Part shown: positions 23,323 to 37,286 of the stretch, piece by piece | How the letters are laid out: every line of letters starts with the position of its first letter | Position numbering within the stretch: position 1 is the stretch's first letter | Assembly (NCBI GenBank): GCA_002633005.1 | Contig: NMRA01000364.1 | Coordinates: forward strand, 243,075 to 307,074 | Direction: 5' to 3' | Source of the DNA: Phoronis australis | Taxonomy: Eukaryota; Animalia; Phoronida | Length of the DNA stretch: 64,000 nucleotides | Notes under the pieces: generated by a model | The model's database searches: none | The model's input: the letters and a program-made list of their open reading frames with translations, nothing else | Told to the model about the DNA's origin: nothing | Made by a program: the position numbers and the translations under genes

Positions 23323-23626
23323 CCGAAGAACATCCATTTCAATGTGCTACACATTCTATAGTTTTATTTATATGTACATATTATTTGAAATAGGACGACT
23401 GGAGGTTGTCTATGTGCCTCTTGGTATAGTGTGCTATATACTGCCACCAATAAAGCTTGTGTTTACCATTTACCTGTAATCTTTCTGGGTTACCAATACC
23501 GTAACATGTTTACCAATTATAAAGAAAAAGTGTCCACAGCAAAGAGAACATTGTTGCTAGTTTTCTTACGGCGTTTATAATTTCAAACTCTCATTTGATT
23601 GTATGCTTGTGTGTATGGTAAACAAT

Positions 23627-23640
23627 AATAAATAAATAAA
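23627..23640 (+). terminator. Overlapping AATAAA polyadenylation signals of CEP20
   Basis: AATAAATAAATAAA downstream of the stop codon. Confidence 0.6.
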
Positions 23641-24900
23641 ATGTCAAACTGCATTTTATTCAAGTTTATGAAACAATCAAAAACTTCAACATAATGAAAT
23701 GACTCGACATAAATAAGCACTGAATTAATGTCCGCACAGGCAGAGAAAAAAATTGCAATGGGTGACTATTCACGTGGGACCCTGATGAACATTCCCCTGT
23801 TGAACCGTTTTCTATGAAGATGTTAAAAAAGATACCTTTCTTCAGTAGCGCCACCTAGCAACATGGAGTCGCCCATTGCAAACACCCGACGCCATATTTA
23901 TCAAAGCTTGGCTAATTGTGACGTATACATCTGCACTTTTGTTTTGGTACATTGTCAAATCCATTTGGGCTACATCTTGTTTTTAGTGAAAGCTGCTCGC
24001 ATAACTTAGATACTGGTTAATTTTCACAATTAAAACCAATTCAAATAAAAGTTAAGGGGGTTTGACACAGACTTGAATGATTCTTTTTGTGCTTATTAAC
24101 AGTGGGGGACATCAAATTCCACACTGATGTCATTCATGGACTAATCAACGGGAAAGCCCAAGTGAAGTATCGCGATTCATTCAAACGAGAATTTTGAATT
24201 TGTTAAGTACAAACTCTTGTTCACAATTCATTCTTGTGAATTGCAGAGGGAAGAACCTGAGTTTTGTGTGCTTAAAGGTCAAATTTAGCATTCTTATGTC
24301 ACGGCCGACCTACAATCACTCAAGAACTCGGTGACCAACCAATTTTATTTCATAAAAACAGAAGAAAAAGCTAAAAATTTGTGAAGCCAAAATGCTAAAA
24401 TTCAACGAGCTAAAAATAAAAAACAACTAGCGGCAACAACAGAAAATCAAGAAAGTAGGACTATAACCGTTCAAAATAACTGGCACAGTAGAGCGAAATT
24501 TACCAGTTTTCAAAAGGATTTCAATCATTAATTTATTCATACGTAACTTCACCAACTCTTGTAAATTTCACATTCTTGTCATATGTCTTTTTGTTTAGGT
24601 GGCTATAACACACAAACTAATTGGTGATCCTCACAGTTTTTTGCAGATTTCCTGTAGGCAAAGACCAAAATATAAAAATTTGAAAAAATCAATGATCAAT
24701 TAAATTTGTGTCAAATTCCCTTAAATGAAAGCATTTTAAACCAGACAACCCTTTAAAATGCACAAATGTGCCATGGGACATTACTGCCATAATGAAACTT
24801 TATTCTGTATTGCACAAGGTAATCAAACTATGTTTGCACTTGTCTCCAAATTAAGACTGATGTTATGTATCAGCCTGTTATAGTCCAGTAATGCTTAAGT

Positions 24901-25002
24901 CTATTCTGGCACGTCGTATCCAAACCGAAGTCGTAGCTGTTCAAAGAAGATGAACGTAATTATCGTATGAGGTCCAAGTCGAACGAAGGCAGGCACGAAT
25001 CC
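24901..25002 (-). CDS. SLC25A10: SLC25A10 coding exon 9 with stop
   Basis: GFVPAFVRLGPHTIITFIFFEQLRLRFGYDVPE*. Confidence 0.95.
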   Translation of the reverse strand, partial: GFVPAFVRLGPHTIITFIFFEQLRLRFGYDVPE

Positions 25003-28000
25003 CTGAAACAAAACCATGCAAATGTCAATCATAAAGAAATTTGGAAAATATAAACAATCTTAAGAACTGGATGTCAGAAATGGAATAATTTTTACAATTA
25101 TCTTTCTTTGATAGGTAATGAGAACTCGAGAAAAATTTCCCAAAATACTGTGCAACAACTAGCAATACATTGCAGGAGAAGTTGCTGTGAAGTGAATCAT
25201 AAAACAAAGTTACGCAGTTCATGGTCACATTATAGACGCTTTCAGATGGCAGATTTCAATCAAAATTTCAGATTAACAATATTCTATTGGTTATTTCCTA
25301 ACTTATGACTTATTTTGAATTATGAACTTATGCAATTTAATTGATAAGCACTATTACCGATATGGTTTATTAGTTGTCTTGGTGACCTCTGATTTTCGTC
25401 ACTTGTGGTTTTATAGGGGTCACATAGAACTGCCTGTACTGAAATTTTCTGCTTATACGTTTTTATTTTAAAGGCACTGGATACATATTTTTCTTGCAAA
25501 ACAGATTTCAAGTAAAACATGTTAAATATGCTTGACTATGGTTGAAAGAGCCATCGTTTGTCGAATTTAAAACCTATTTCTAGCAAAACAGAATTGCCAA
25601 ATCTCAGACTGAACATACCTTAAAGAATCCCAATGGCCCATTCAAAGCTATGTCTTTTGCACACGATAGCAGACCCTGCAAAATAAAGAAATGTTCCATG
25701 AGTAACTAAAGAATGATTTCTCGGAGTTTCGTTTGATGTGGGTCATCACTGAATTCTCTTGATCTATTTATGCACAATGCTGGGCACTCCACAATAGCAC
25801 TAAGACCTGATAACTGCAAATATCCCACTACTGTAATAACAGACGAGTGCAAAAGTGGCTTCCACAAACAGACCTCTTAAATTCCTATTGGACAAGTGCG
25901 TCTTTGTGGGGAATAGACAAAACACTTTAAATTCAATGCTGGCTACTTTATGTCCCAGTCACTTGAGTATCTCGCTGCATATATTCAAAATTTGAAGGAA
26001 CGAGGACTGCAAAAATTGTAACAAAACACTGCTGCATAATCTCAAGATGATTTTAATTCACATGACATGCAAATTGTGAGTCTCAATGTTCCTCCAACAA
26101 GGACTTTTCAAGCCATCTTGCATGATCTGTTACAGTGGATTGCCACAATAGGCAAAAAGTACCGACATAGAAATAATGATAGAACAAACTAGGATTTAAG
26201 AATCGTCTTACCTGTAGAATGTGCACATCAAGAAATATAGGTTTAGAATGCTTAGAACAAGAACATTGTATAGTTTAATTCTGAATCAGATACAGTAAAA
26301 GCTCACAAATTTCTGACAAAAATAATTGCCAAAATAGCCCTTTCCTCGTTTTTCATGGTTTTCTTAAATTGTGAAGACGTTTTCAAAATTTTGTGTGATG
26401 GTAAATATCACACAAAACTTGAACAAAGTAAAGCAATAATTTGGTGCTATATATTTTACATAAAAATAAAACCTCAGCTGTAGGCCATCAGGTGTCCTAA
26501 GTTGGTGAGATTTTACCGTTGTCAATAGTATATTTCAAAGACAATTAGTGTGATTTACATGTGAATACTGATTAATGTTCTTGGATCTCTCGTGTAATTC
26601 ACAGTGCAATAAAAGGGACCCAAATTTCAAGAACAATGATTGTGCAGTCATGCGTGACACTTACAGCATAATGTCCAGGTTTAGCGTTCATATATCTAGT
26701 CTTCATCACGTCCAAGGGTTGCGTAATGAGTGTGGCAATGGCCCCCTGCAAGAGTAATATTTATCACTGCTTGAAGCTAAGGTGCTAGTCACTCAAAGAA
26801 AGGACACACAAAACTAAAATGCAAAATTTGTAAGACAATTTCCAGTATGGTACAGCGCAAACAGTGGTACAAATTGTTGAGCATAAATCTCAATCACAGA
26901 ATTGAGAAGTTTGGGAATACAAAACATGTAGTTTCACTGAATGCGCATTTGAGCCATTTCCCAGTTGTTTAAAAGATATAATAATGCTGCATTAACCCAT
27001 GCTACGTTGAAAAATGCAATCAGGACCCTCCCTGACCTTCAGAGGGAAATTTTTCCCATGAGGGGAAAATCCCCTCAAGGTCACCTCTAATTTGAAGGAC
27101 AGTGCGAGTTAAAAGTCATAAGTCAGAGGGAATTTTTGGGGCTGATGAAGAAAATTTTGCATTATCTTAAAATATTCTTAATAGAGGAATGGAGCCAATA
27201 TTTGGGCCCAAAATCGAAGCATCCAGGACCCTTGCACCTGACGTCACACAACAATCTGTAGAGTTATACAGGAGATACGTTTTCATAAAACCCAGCTCTG
27301 AACAATCAGCTGAGAACATAAAATGTGAACACCTCCAGTGCTTCATCTCCAGTCGTTCGATTTACTGTAGTGTGTACCTTTGGGGTCATTACCATGAACT
27401 TAGCATTTTTTAAGATGCTTTTAGACACGTTGCATGATCACAGATGTTTAAAAGACATCCAAAAGCTGTAATTCAAAATGCTATGGAGTTAGCTTTCAAT
27501 TACAATCAAAGACTATATTTTAAAGGGGAAGGCAGACAGACTCTGATCCATAATCATTTTTACCTCAGCCGAGGAATGTCACAGTTAACAGACACAGGGG
27601 GCGTCTTTTTCTGCATTACAACAAATCAATAGTCAAGCAAGAAGTCCAGACTTCCCCACAAACTGCCCTTGGATCAATGTATGCCAATTCTAGTGAAATT
27701 TTCAGAAATCTGTCTGCTTAATTTGGCAATAATATTCAACTTACAGCACAGAAACTTGAAGTGAAATGTAGTGTCAGGTTGTCACTGAAGTACTTCGTTT
27801 TAAGCAGCATTTGTTTTATCTGGTCGTAGAACGAAAGCTGTAGGAAGAAAGAGAACATAGTCATTGCATTTTTCATTAAGATGTTTAACCAGGATTCCCT
27901 CATCAGTGCATAGCTTAGCTTCACATAAGGGTCTCCAACACATTTAAAACACACTTATCCCTATCACCCACTAATGGTAAATATTCTCGAGTCGAAGCTT

Positions 28001-31000
28001 GAACCAACTTTCAGAAATAGGCAGTATTGGTCATGCCAAATTTCAAAATTACAATCAATGACAAACGGTGAATAGTCGATGGGATTGCATGGAAACAATG
28101 CGTCCATGTTTCCAAGATTTTATGAACTGGCAAATCCAGTCAACACAAAACACACAGTGCGGTATCTGAAAAATATGATGAATGCCATATTCCAATCTTC
28201 AGAATAAAAAAAATAATTTTGGCATGAATTTCGGTGTTCCAAATGTTACAGAGTGTCCCAAACTGGTGAATTTTTACCAGTCAACACTGAGCACAAGGAG
28301 ACAAAATAAAAAGGGGAACTCAAAAATCACCAGGTGGCGCTTGTGAGGCAAGAGCCATGCCTGTATATATCACTGCCAAGCTTGGGGGAAGGAAACACAA
28401 AAAAGAAAGAAAGGACACTTCACAAAGGGAAGTGTCAAGATTCGATCACAGAGGCAATATATGCTTAGCAACAAGCTCTATCATTGAGTTCCTGTATCTT
28501 ACTGATTGGCTTGTCATAAAACTACATACTCTTGCTGCTCACAAAATTTCAAGTAAGACAACATGTCTCAGAACCAATTTAAACGTCAGCAGCAATAGTT
28601 GCAAATAATTTATGAGAACAAACGTTTGCCATCCTTTCTTCCAAACTACATATTAAGCATCCATTGAACGAGCCCCAACAACACATACCTGCCCTATTGT
28701 GACTAACACTGCCCTGGAACTAGCCATGGTGGCCCCAGAGAACAGTTTAGTACCTCCCTCTTCTCTGAAAACTCTGTATACACCATCAGCTGCATGCTTG
28801 TAGCTATAAAAGTGAACAGTAAATGCAGGGCTCAAATTCCTAGCTGAAATACAGTAAAACACTAGTTGGATCGGGTAAGATCACATTATACCATGACCAA
28901 TTGCCCCGACAGTCACCTTTTGGGACCATGGTTCATTTTTACTGTGACAGGCATTAAGTTCCCAATGCACGCACACCCAACTTCTTGTAACCAGAAAAGC
29001 CACCCTTTATCACTGAATTGCATCTTTTCCAACAGCAGGTTCAAACAAATTACATAAAGCCAATCACTTCAACTCATGTTTTAGGGTGGAAACTTTGTTT
29101 TCCTTTTTAGTACACCCTGCAAATGTGAATAATTACACAACAGAACACAATGGACCAAAAGGACCTAATTACCAGTCCAATGAGAAGATTCAACACCATT
29201 AACGAGCAATTTTGACTTGATTTAATTAGGGCAAGTCTGATGCCGTGAGGTGGTTATTTTCCAGAAATGCGCAGCCATGAGTACATTAGTTTCTCAAACA
29301 AATTTGAATAATGACTGGTAATATGTACCAAGGCATTTGCTCAGTCGACATGAAGCATTTTTAAAGCAACAGTGACAGCTAACATGACTGATGTCCACTG
29401 CTGCCACCTGGTGTCACAGTGGGCATTCTCTGAAGTTAATGGAAAAGACATGTGAAACAGACCTACAATTAATGAGTTTCAAGTATTTCAGAATCTGATA
29501 CTTCACACACGCACTGCCACATGCGCTCACACATTACAAAAGACTATACAAATTTTGTTTCATACCCCAGAAATAAAAGTAAAGCAGTGTCATACAAATT
29601 TTAGGTTGATAAATAGCGCAGATTCCCAGTAACAGGAGCAATGCAAAAGATTGAAATGTGCCTACAACTGCACAGCAAATAATACGCTTCTAATTAGACT
29701 AATTTAGTTAAAGTTGGGATACAAGTGGTGCAGGCAAATTCCAGCCATACACGTAAATGTCAAGGTCCATCAAAAAAAAGTCATTTTGGCAAGAATAAAT
29801 GACAAGCAATATCATGTCGATAACCAAAATGACCCTTAGGTGGTGCAACGGCAGTCCAATCTGTCAGATAATCAACTGATGTTGGTACACCCCATCCTAG
29901 TGTCAAGTTTCATCAAAATCTTTCAAGTTATTAAGACAGCAGTCAACTGACAAAAACTATCTTTTTGAAAACTAAATTGCCAGCAGGTGTTGCCAGAGTA
30001 GTTGACTGCATCTGAAAAGCAACAGGTGCTGTCCCATTCCCACTACACAAAACATCTCTATTTACTTATGGCAAAGTATCTCAAGTCGTTTAGCAAAAAT
30101 TGACGGACAAGAAATTTCTTGTCGAAAACTAAAATGTCAAAACAAAGAGCTCCACGACAGTCAAATCCAATCGAAAAATCTACTGGTGTCAGGGCGTATA
30201 TCTGCATCAAGTTTCAGCAAAATTCATTAAGTAAATTAGTTAAAATTTGACGGATGAGGAAATTTCTGTTGAAAATTTAAAAAAGCAGTATTGAATAGTG
30301 ATGACTGGTGTTGGCGCATTCCCACCAGCATTCGAAATACATGGTGGACCGGGGCTGGTGGATTTGAGGCTGGGCTGGTAACTTTTAAAAGTAACTGGCC
30401 CGTAAACTTTCACATTTAGGCTCTAGGTGAATATGGTCTCATCAACAATTAATTCAAAAGTCTATTGACTAGTTTTGTTTGCCTCTCACCTCTTGAAGGC
30501 CAATGAGTTTGAAGCCTGTGAGCAATAAATCCACGATTGCCAAATTCATTTTGTTTAGAACTCTAGACTATGTATTGATGAAACGTGTTTTGCAAAAATA
30601 TAATGGTTGAATCCACATTGGGGCTTTTATTTCATAATCACAGATTACGTGGTGTATATGTAATCAACTCTTCACCTAAAGTTAATAGCATAACAAATAG
30701 GGATCTCAAGCACATGTGCATTTAGTGTACAGGAAAAGATTGAGAAAACGTAGCTAGGATGTTAAAAGCAGGGCCAGCAACTTGACAACAAGGTCAATAA
30801 ATTTTCAGACTAAATGGCCCGGCGGGCAAGCACATTTATTTGCTGAAGTTTGAACAGATTCCCACCACACACCTATGTGTTAAGTTTTATTTAGTTAAAA
30901 TTCATTTAATTCATTTTATCAAAAATTGATAGATAATGAATTTCTAGTAAAAAACCAAAAAGCCCAATAGGGGTGCCACGATAATAAAATCCGCCCAAAA

Positions 31001-34000
31001 ATTGACAGGTGCTGATGCATGCCTGCCACATTAGTCAAATGTGTCAAATTTCAGCCTTAGAACAGATTTTGAAACAAGCAATGGAAAAGTTCACTTAAGG
31101 CAACCATGGACGGATGGAATGTTGACACTATGTCACCATAATTTTTGTGGGCACAAAAAATGCATTCTGCATTGATAGTTTCCTCTTACTTTCTGCGCTG
31201 TTCCTTAGGAATCTTCATGTCATTCTGCATTCTGAAAGGGAAAAGGAAATTGTAACAAAGGAAAACAGCAACTTATAGCAGTTTCTAAAATAATATAAGT
31301 AACTTTCGGGAAGTCAATAATTGAGACATAAACAATCAAAAATGAGACTTTAATAACATTTCCCAAAACAAAATTATCAGTTGCTGTAATCACACTCATA
31401 TTTTGTATCTGAAATTTCGTTCATGAACAAAATAAAGCAATATGACAATACAGAACGTACCTAACATTGACCATATCTCCTGGTGTACCCAAAAAGCCTC
31501 CAGTGGCACCGGCAAACCCTGCTAGTAGAACTTTTTCATAAAATGGCATTACACGACCATTCTCCGTCAGCCTTTTTTTGACAACTTCGTATATTGCAAA
31601 CCTAGTCGTAGAGTAAGTAGCCTGAAAGTATTCGCAAAGGTTTGCAACAAAAGTGAACGTGGTATATTTCGACACTTCATCAAGTGACCGGTCATCTTCA
31701 ATCGACCCCTTGATAGAGGCTAACTGACAACCCATATTGACACAGTGATAGGCAGGATCTATGAAGGAACACCCATGAATGTCCATCTCTTGAGTATTAA
31801 TTGGCAATTACACACTTGACTGATTAGCTGTCCAGTTAACGACATTGATCGACAGGATTCATTATTTACTAACTCATTTATTTTAAAAATCATGCCGCCA
31901 CCTAGTGGTAAAATTTAAAACTGCCAAGCAATGTCAAAAATAGCACAATCAGTGTTACTGATATGAAAATCATTACCAACATTGAATACGATCCCAGTCC
32001 ATCTATGAATCAGAAAAATTAACCCACAATTACAAGAACAACTAAGCTTTCTCATTTTCTGGGTATTTTCTAATTTTACCACAGGATGATTTGTGAAGAA
32101 AAAGAATATCACGTAAAAATACATTTGATCACATATCAATACTACCAGTCATTTTGATTTACATTATTATGGCAAATTCCATTTATCAATTTTGTTAATG
32201 GCGTAACACAAGAATGCGAGTCATTAGCCTGCTTAAGACAGAGTGTCCATTGCCCTATTACATAACAATGTCCTATTTATCAAGAGTGGACCATCAGATA
32301 TGAGTTGAAGGTTGTTAAACCTGTTTTGTATTAGACTGTTAATACAGAGACAGAGATAAGAAAACCAGCCTAATAGAAATGCAAAGTTTCTGGTGGGGAT
32401 TTGTGGCTTTGAACTGGGGTTAAGGGTTTCAGAGGTTTAACCACCTGACAGAATGACTTCCGTCCAAAATGATTTCCATCATTGTATTGCCCTTTGGTAC
32501 TTGTCTATTATAGTAGTATGGTTCTGTGCTGATCACTATAATCAAAATTATTTCGACATTTGTTATTCAAATGTCAATAAAGGTTTAATAAAAATAATAA
32601 CAATAATAGGACAGTGGTGTAACAATTCTGCCAAAAAGTCGAGGCTTTACTTAGGCCTTCTACAGGCACGTGCTTTAAATTCATGGCTAAAACTCAGCAA
32701 GCCTGCCCGCCTGAGGAATTTTACAAGTGTCTTGATGTTTTTGTTTTCTATGACAGTTCTCACTGAAACTGGTTTACTTCCAAAGCATTAGTGAAGCATT
32801 GATCTACATTGTGTTTTGGCGCTTCATCTTCCATCCAGCATTTTGGGCAGTAAGGGTCTGATATAACATGCCTGAATTTTGAGAACCAGTTTTCACCACT
32901 GAATAACAGGCATCAAACTGCTTCTCAAAATATGGACACGTTATATCAGACTACTGCCAGATATCTGTTACTCGATATGTTGTTTTCTTGCATTTCTGCA
33001 GGTTAGTCAGACCTGTCATCGCCCGTCTTACCGTTTGCAGTTGAGACCAATAAAGGTTTAGAGATGCATAGTAAGTAACAATACTGACACTAACAATTTT
33101 GGCAAACTGGGTTGAGTATGAAGCATGGCTATCTGCCAGTCCGATTCTGCCTAGCAGCGTGCTAGAGGCTTAAAATTTTAAAACGAGGCCAATCATGCGA
33201 TAAGTTTATCTGCCTTCACCAGAACAATTTTGGATGTCACCATTCAGACTGAACAGAACTGCTACCACAATACCAACAATGAAACTTAAGACTTGCACTT
33301 AAGACAGTAATACCTAGATATAACATGCCCGCATTTTGAGAACTAGTTATCTCCACTGAATAACAGGCATCAAACTGATTCTCAAAATTTACGCACATTA
33401 TACCCAGCTATTGCCTTAAAGTTTTATGAAAAGGACACCAGGTTTTCAATGAATGTGTTTATCAGACATCATCATTACCAACTCATTGACTGAAAACAAA
33501 AACTCACTAGTCTGAGCAGACGTGGGTGCTCCATTTTCCGCGAAATGAGCAGCTGAAATATATTCACTCACCTGTCGCAGAAGGGAGGCAGACAACCCAT
33601 TGTAAAGTCCTAGAATGCCCTCATTTTTCACTACCTTGATACCCATACGAACCAGTCCAATCTCAGCTGATTGCTGTGTTTGCAGATGGACCTGGTGAAA
33701 CATTCACAAGAAGCTGAACGACTCTTTACAAACTTAATTATATAATTGAGTGTATAACTCTTAAGATTGAGTGGTTGTGGGCACAGTGCTCTCAATCCAT
33801 TGAATACAAGGCATGCGCGCACACAGCCTTCGATTTGGGGGGGGGCTCGAATTCCTGACGTTGTGGACCTTTTGGTAACAAAAATGCAGGCGGACTAAAA
33901 AAAAAACGGGGCACCACTGTGAATTGTGTGTTTGTGTCAGTTTACTGAGTGAACTTTGCACTTTTATCTCATTCTCTCGGACTTCTTGTTTTTCAGAGGC

Positions 34001-35001
34001 GGACCTTTTTGCCCACTTCGCCAAATGGGTGGGGTCGAATGAGCCCCCCGAGCCCCCTGGGTGCACGTATGCAAGGCTTACATGTATTCCCTCACAGTTT
34101 GGATTAGCTATCAGAACAACAGTCGATTAAGGTAATGTGTAATCTTATTGACAAATCCGTGCATTTTGCCAAATATCTACAGAACTATAAAATTTAACTA
34201 AAAGTTAATATTTTCTGAATGCACAAAGAATGTGTGATTTGGCTTTGACCATAAAAACTAACGGGGCTACGTTGTGATAAACCGTACTTAGTAGCCAGCA
34301 TAGTGACAGGGGCCGTTTCAAATTCCTTTACAAAGCAGCATAACCAGCCATTTCACGCGTTACACATTACGATGATACCTTGAGTGTTGACCATTGAGAT
34401 AAAACCTCAATTTGTTTTCACTTTTTTCATACCCATAATAGCATACATGTCTAGTTTATAGTGCCAAGAGTTTCTGAAACTACACAGTGGACATTCTGAG
34501 TACTTAGCGAAAAAATAACAAAAGTTCTCACAGAAATGATTTCTACTGAAAAACCTTCACAAACTTACTACTAGAATACATTAATGTTGAGACTATTTTG
34601 CATTACTAGCATGACAAAACCAAACTGCATCAAAATTAGGTGAATATTTTACTGCAACAAATCACTAGATGAACTTGTTGACTTGCTTTTAGTCAAATGT
34701 TTTACATACATGAGTGCGTGCCTGAATGCTGAAAAAACGCTATTTCACATAAAGATGCCCAAATGCAAGCATTATGCATCGACTGAAATCAAACGGTAGA
34801 GCACTGCAATGTTCCACAATCTCAAAAATCTTAAAGCAACGTGTTCCATATTATCATATGTTTAAGTCTATATTGCACAGTATGGACTCTCACCTTTAAC
34901 AAATCCAATGGATGTGTACAGCAGGCTGCCCCAGCGCTGGCCAGACCCCCGAAGTACCATTTCCCAACACGTTTGGTTTTTACTTGTTTCTCTGTAGCCA
35001 T
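24901..35001 (-). CDS. SLC25A10: Mitochondrial dicarboxylate carrier, complete, 9 coding exons, 292 aa
   Basis: MATEKQVKTKRVGKWYFGGLASAGAACCTHPLDLLKVHLQTQQ...GTPGDMVNVRMQNDMK...TQPLDVMKTRYMN...GFVPAFVRLGPHTIITFIFFEQLRLRFGYDVPE*. Three carrier-signature repeats; all junctions GT-AG and in phase. Confidence 0.96.
25619..25675 (-). CDS. SLC25A10: SLC25A10 coding exon 8
   Basis: GLLSCAKDIALNGPLGFFK, 57 nt. Confidence 0.93.
26665..26745 (-). CDS. SLC25A10: SLC25A10 coding exon 7
   Basis: GAIATLITQPLDVMKTRYMNAKPGHYA, 81 nt. Confidence 0.95.
27745..27837 (-). CDS. SLC25A10: SLC25A10 coding exon 6
   Basis: LSFYDQIKQMLL...HFTSSFCA, 93 nt. Confidence 0.95.
28689..28803 (-). CDS. SLC25A10: SLC25A10 coding exon 5
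   Basis: YKHAADGVYRVFREEG...RAVLVTIGQ, 115 nt. Confidence 0.95.
29760..31160 (-). mobile_element. Degenerate Helentron/DINE-like element, boundaries approximate
   Basis: Minus strand starts TTTTTTGTGCCCAC...CCATCCGTCC; repeated caagtttcatcaaaa-type modules. Confidence 0.35.
31190..31231 (-). CDS. SLC25A10: SLC25A10 coding exon 4
   Basis: MQNDMKIPKEQRR(N), 42 nt. Confidence 0.93.
31461..31621 (-). CDS. SLC25A10: SLC25A10 coding exon 3
   Basis: ATYSTTRFAIYE...GTPGDMVNV(R), 161 nt. Confidence 0.95.
32856..32951. repeat. Palindromic mini-MITE family, copy 1
   Basis: GATATAACATGCC...TTTTGAGAACCAG...TTCTCAAAA...CACGTTATATC. Confidence 0.7.
33299..33419. repeat. Palindromic mini-MITE family, copy 2
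   Basis: Aligns with 32856-32951. Confidence 0.7.
33572..33691 (-). CDS. SLC25A10: SLC25A10 coding exon 2
   Basis: VHLQTQQ...GLYNGLSASLLRQ, 120 nt. Confidence 0.95.
34894..35001 (-). CDS. SLC25A10: SLC25A10 coding exon 1
   Basis: ATG at 35001, donor gtgaga; an acceptor just 5' of 35015 implies an upstream non-coding exon. Confidence 0.95.
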
Positions 35002-36320
35002 GGTGATATGGAAGTCTGGGGTAAGATGAAAAACAAAACATGATAATTAAAACAGCTTATTCCCAATATGGAAGCTTCAGTTTTGATACATTTAGGAAAC
35101 AGAGACAACAGCAAAATGTTCGAGCAAAACCCCTTTGAATGCACTGTTTGAGGTGCATTGAAAACTAATAGGTTCATATTTCACTATCTGTGTCTATAGA
35201 AGTGGTAGGAGTCTCCAAATGATATAAATCACCATTTAAGAGAATAAACAGATTTTATCCACCAGACAATAATTGATCAACTATTCAGATCATATTGCTC
35301 CCATTCTGTCACAGAGGTTCCCATGAAGAGGAGACTTGGGTAATACTAGAGCCAGTGAAAATATTCAGTAATACTGAAATTCCAAATTAAAAACAATGGG
35401 TTCCACCTTACATGCGTATGTTACTGCTTAAACTCAAGATTGCTTTCACAGAGATCTAAGAATTTGACGTCCAGGTTTGCATGACTTTGTAAAGATTGGT
35501 TTGCCTATTTAGTAACTTTCTCCCCTTCCTGTCACTGTCAAACTGATATCGACACGGCAGTATCCCGCCTAGCCAATCAGTGAAATTGGGATACTCATCC
35601 CACAGCACTGGTGCGTAGTGAAACCTGGAACCTTGCAGTGGCAGTCTAATGCTTTGCTCTCAGAGCTAACCCCCACTCGATAGATGGCAGAGTATTTGAG
35701 AGCATTTATGAGGTAATCACGAGCACTGATTTCATGGAATGGTTGCCAGACAATGACGAGATTTGATTTTTGACAAAATCACAAAAGGACAATGGATTTA
35801 GTGGTAACTAGCTCTGGCCAAAGCTGATTATTTCAAGAAGTCTATTTCATTTGAAGCGGTAAACTCCAACATGTGTTCTCTGCCGTAAAAGTGATTTCTC
35901 TTTACAGCCCTCTTAAAATGAAATGTGTTTATATTCTTGATGCTTCTGTCCAGTCCAATGGTCAGAGCAACAATTAAAGCTTAAAATCCCAAGCAAACTC
36001 AATATTAGTTTAGTTTCATTTTTGGCAAATTCCCTGTCTTTAGGAAATCAGAGATGCCATATTAAATGTCTGCTAAGTGCAAACTTACAAATCAACGCAG
36101 GCACAATCACAATGGACTATGTATGATTTACTTTGAATGTGTTCTGAACTGCCCGAGTTCTCGCAGTAACATTGCATGTAGCCCAGGCAGAAAGTCAGTT
36201 AGCAAAGCCTATCTGTTTGTTCCATTTGTCTTGAAGCCATAAAAGTGACGTTTACAAATACGTGTTACCCTTCAAGGTAGGCTTTAACTGTGACAGTGGC
36301 CAGTATTGCCTGGACAGAAA

Positions 36321-36901
36321 TAGACAGTGACCACGGTCTCTAGCTGGCTCAGCAGAGATGGTGTACCTCCTATGGGTGCTTAATACGCCGGGAGCTTTTC
36401 GGCAATTTATGCCTTGATCACACCGACTAAAACATCAAAGTCACATTGTTATAAATATCTTATGCATATAGGACACATTAGGAGGCTGTCGATGTCTTTA
36501 ATTCCTTCCAACTTGAACAAATACTTCCATTATCAAAATTTTTCTTCAAGCAGCCCTTTGTTCAGTTCCCAAAATCGGTAACTGACTATTTTTAAAACTG
36601 CGCATGGCAGGAGGTATGGCGTCATATCCCCTGGCCAATTACTGATTTTGGGAACTGAACAAGGGACTGTTTGCGAAGAAAGTTTGATAAAGGGAATATT
36701 TGTTCGAGTTGGAAGGAGGAAGTAAAGACGTCGATGGCCTCCTTAGATGTCCCTCTATGTGCATGAAGTATGTATAATGCAAGGTGACTGATGTTTTAGT
36801 TGGAGTAAAGCATAATCCACTGAAAAGTTTCTGGCATATGAAGCACCTATAGGAGCTACACCATCTCTACTGAGCCAGCCACAGAAGGTGGTCAATGTCT
36901 A
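36321..36901. mobile_element. Foldback element with ~265-bp inverted arms and 9-bp TSD
   Basis: TAGACAGTGACCAC...GTGGTCAATGTCTA; TSD GGACAGAAA at 36312-36320 and 36902-36910. Confidence 0.8.
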
Positions 36902-37163
36902 GGACAGAAATATGAACGAAAATTCTTCATATTTTAAGCACAAAATGTGGTGGAAAACCCAAATGCTATTGTTTGCATTACTTGGACAGATGTCACAAAT
37001 TAACATTAAGTTAAAATTGGTTTCATGAAACATGAACTCATGCACCAGACACTTGGTGAATCGATTCTCCTACCTGAATCCAACAACCGAGTGCACACAT
37101 CTAATAACTCTCTTAGTAATATACAGACACCCACATACAATCAAGTACTCTGATGCCATAAAA

Positions 37164-37286
37164 CTAGGTGGCAATAGTCGTATATGACATGCCCGTACTT
37201 TGAGAACCAGTTTGAGGCCCGTCATTCTGTGGAGAAAACTGGTGCTCAAAATTCGAGCACGTTATATCACACCATTACCCAACTAG
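37164..37286. repeat. Palindromic mini-MITE family, copy 3 (inverted)
   Basis: Same arms with the loop reversed. Confidence 0.65.

Noticed and set aside
27445-27470. Minus-strand QLLDVF*T resembling a duplicate SLC25A10 exon 7
   Set aside because: Similarity is only a few codons, it contains a stop, and the true exon is at 26665-26745
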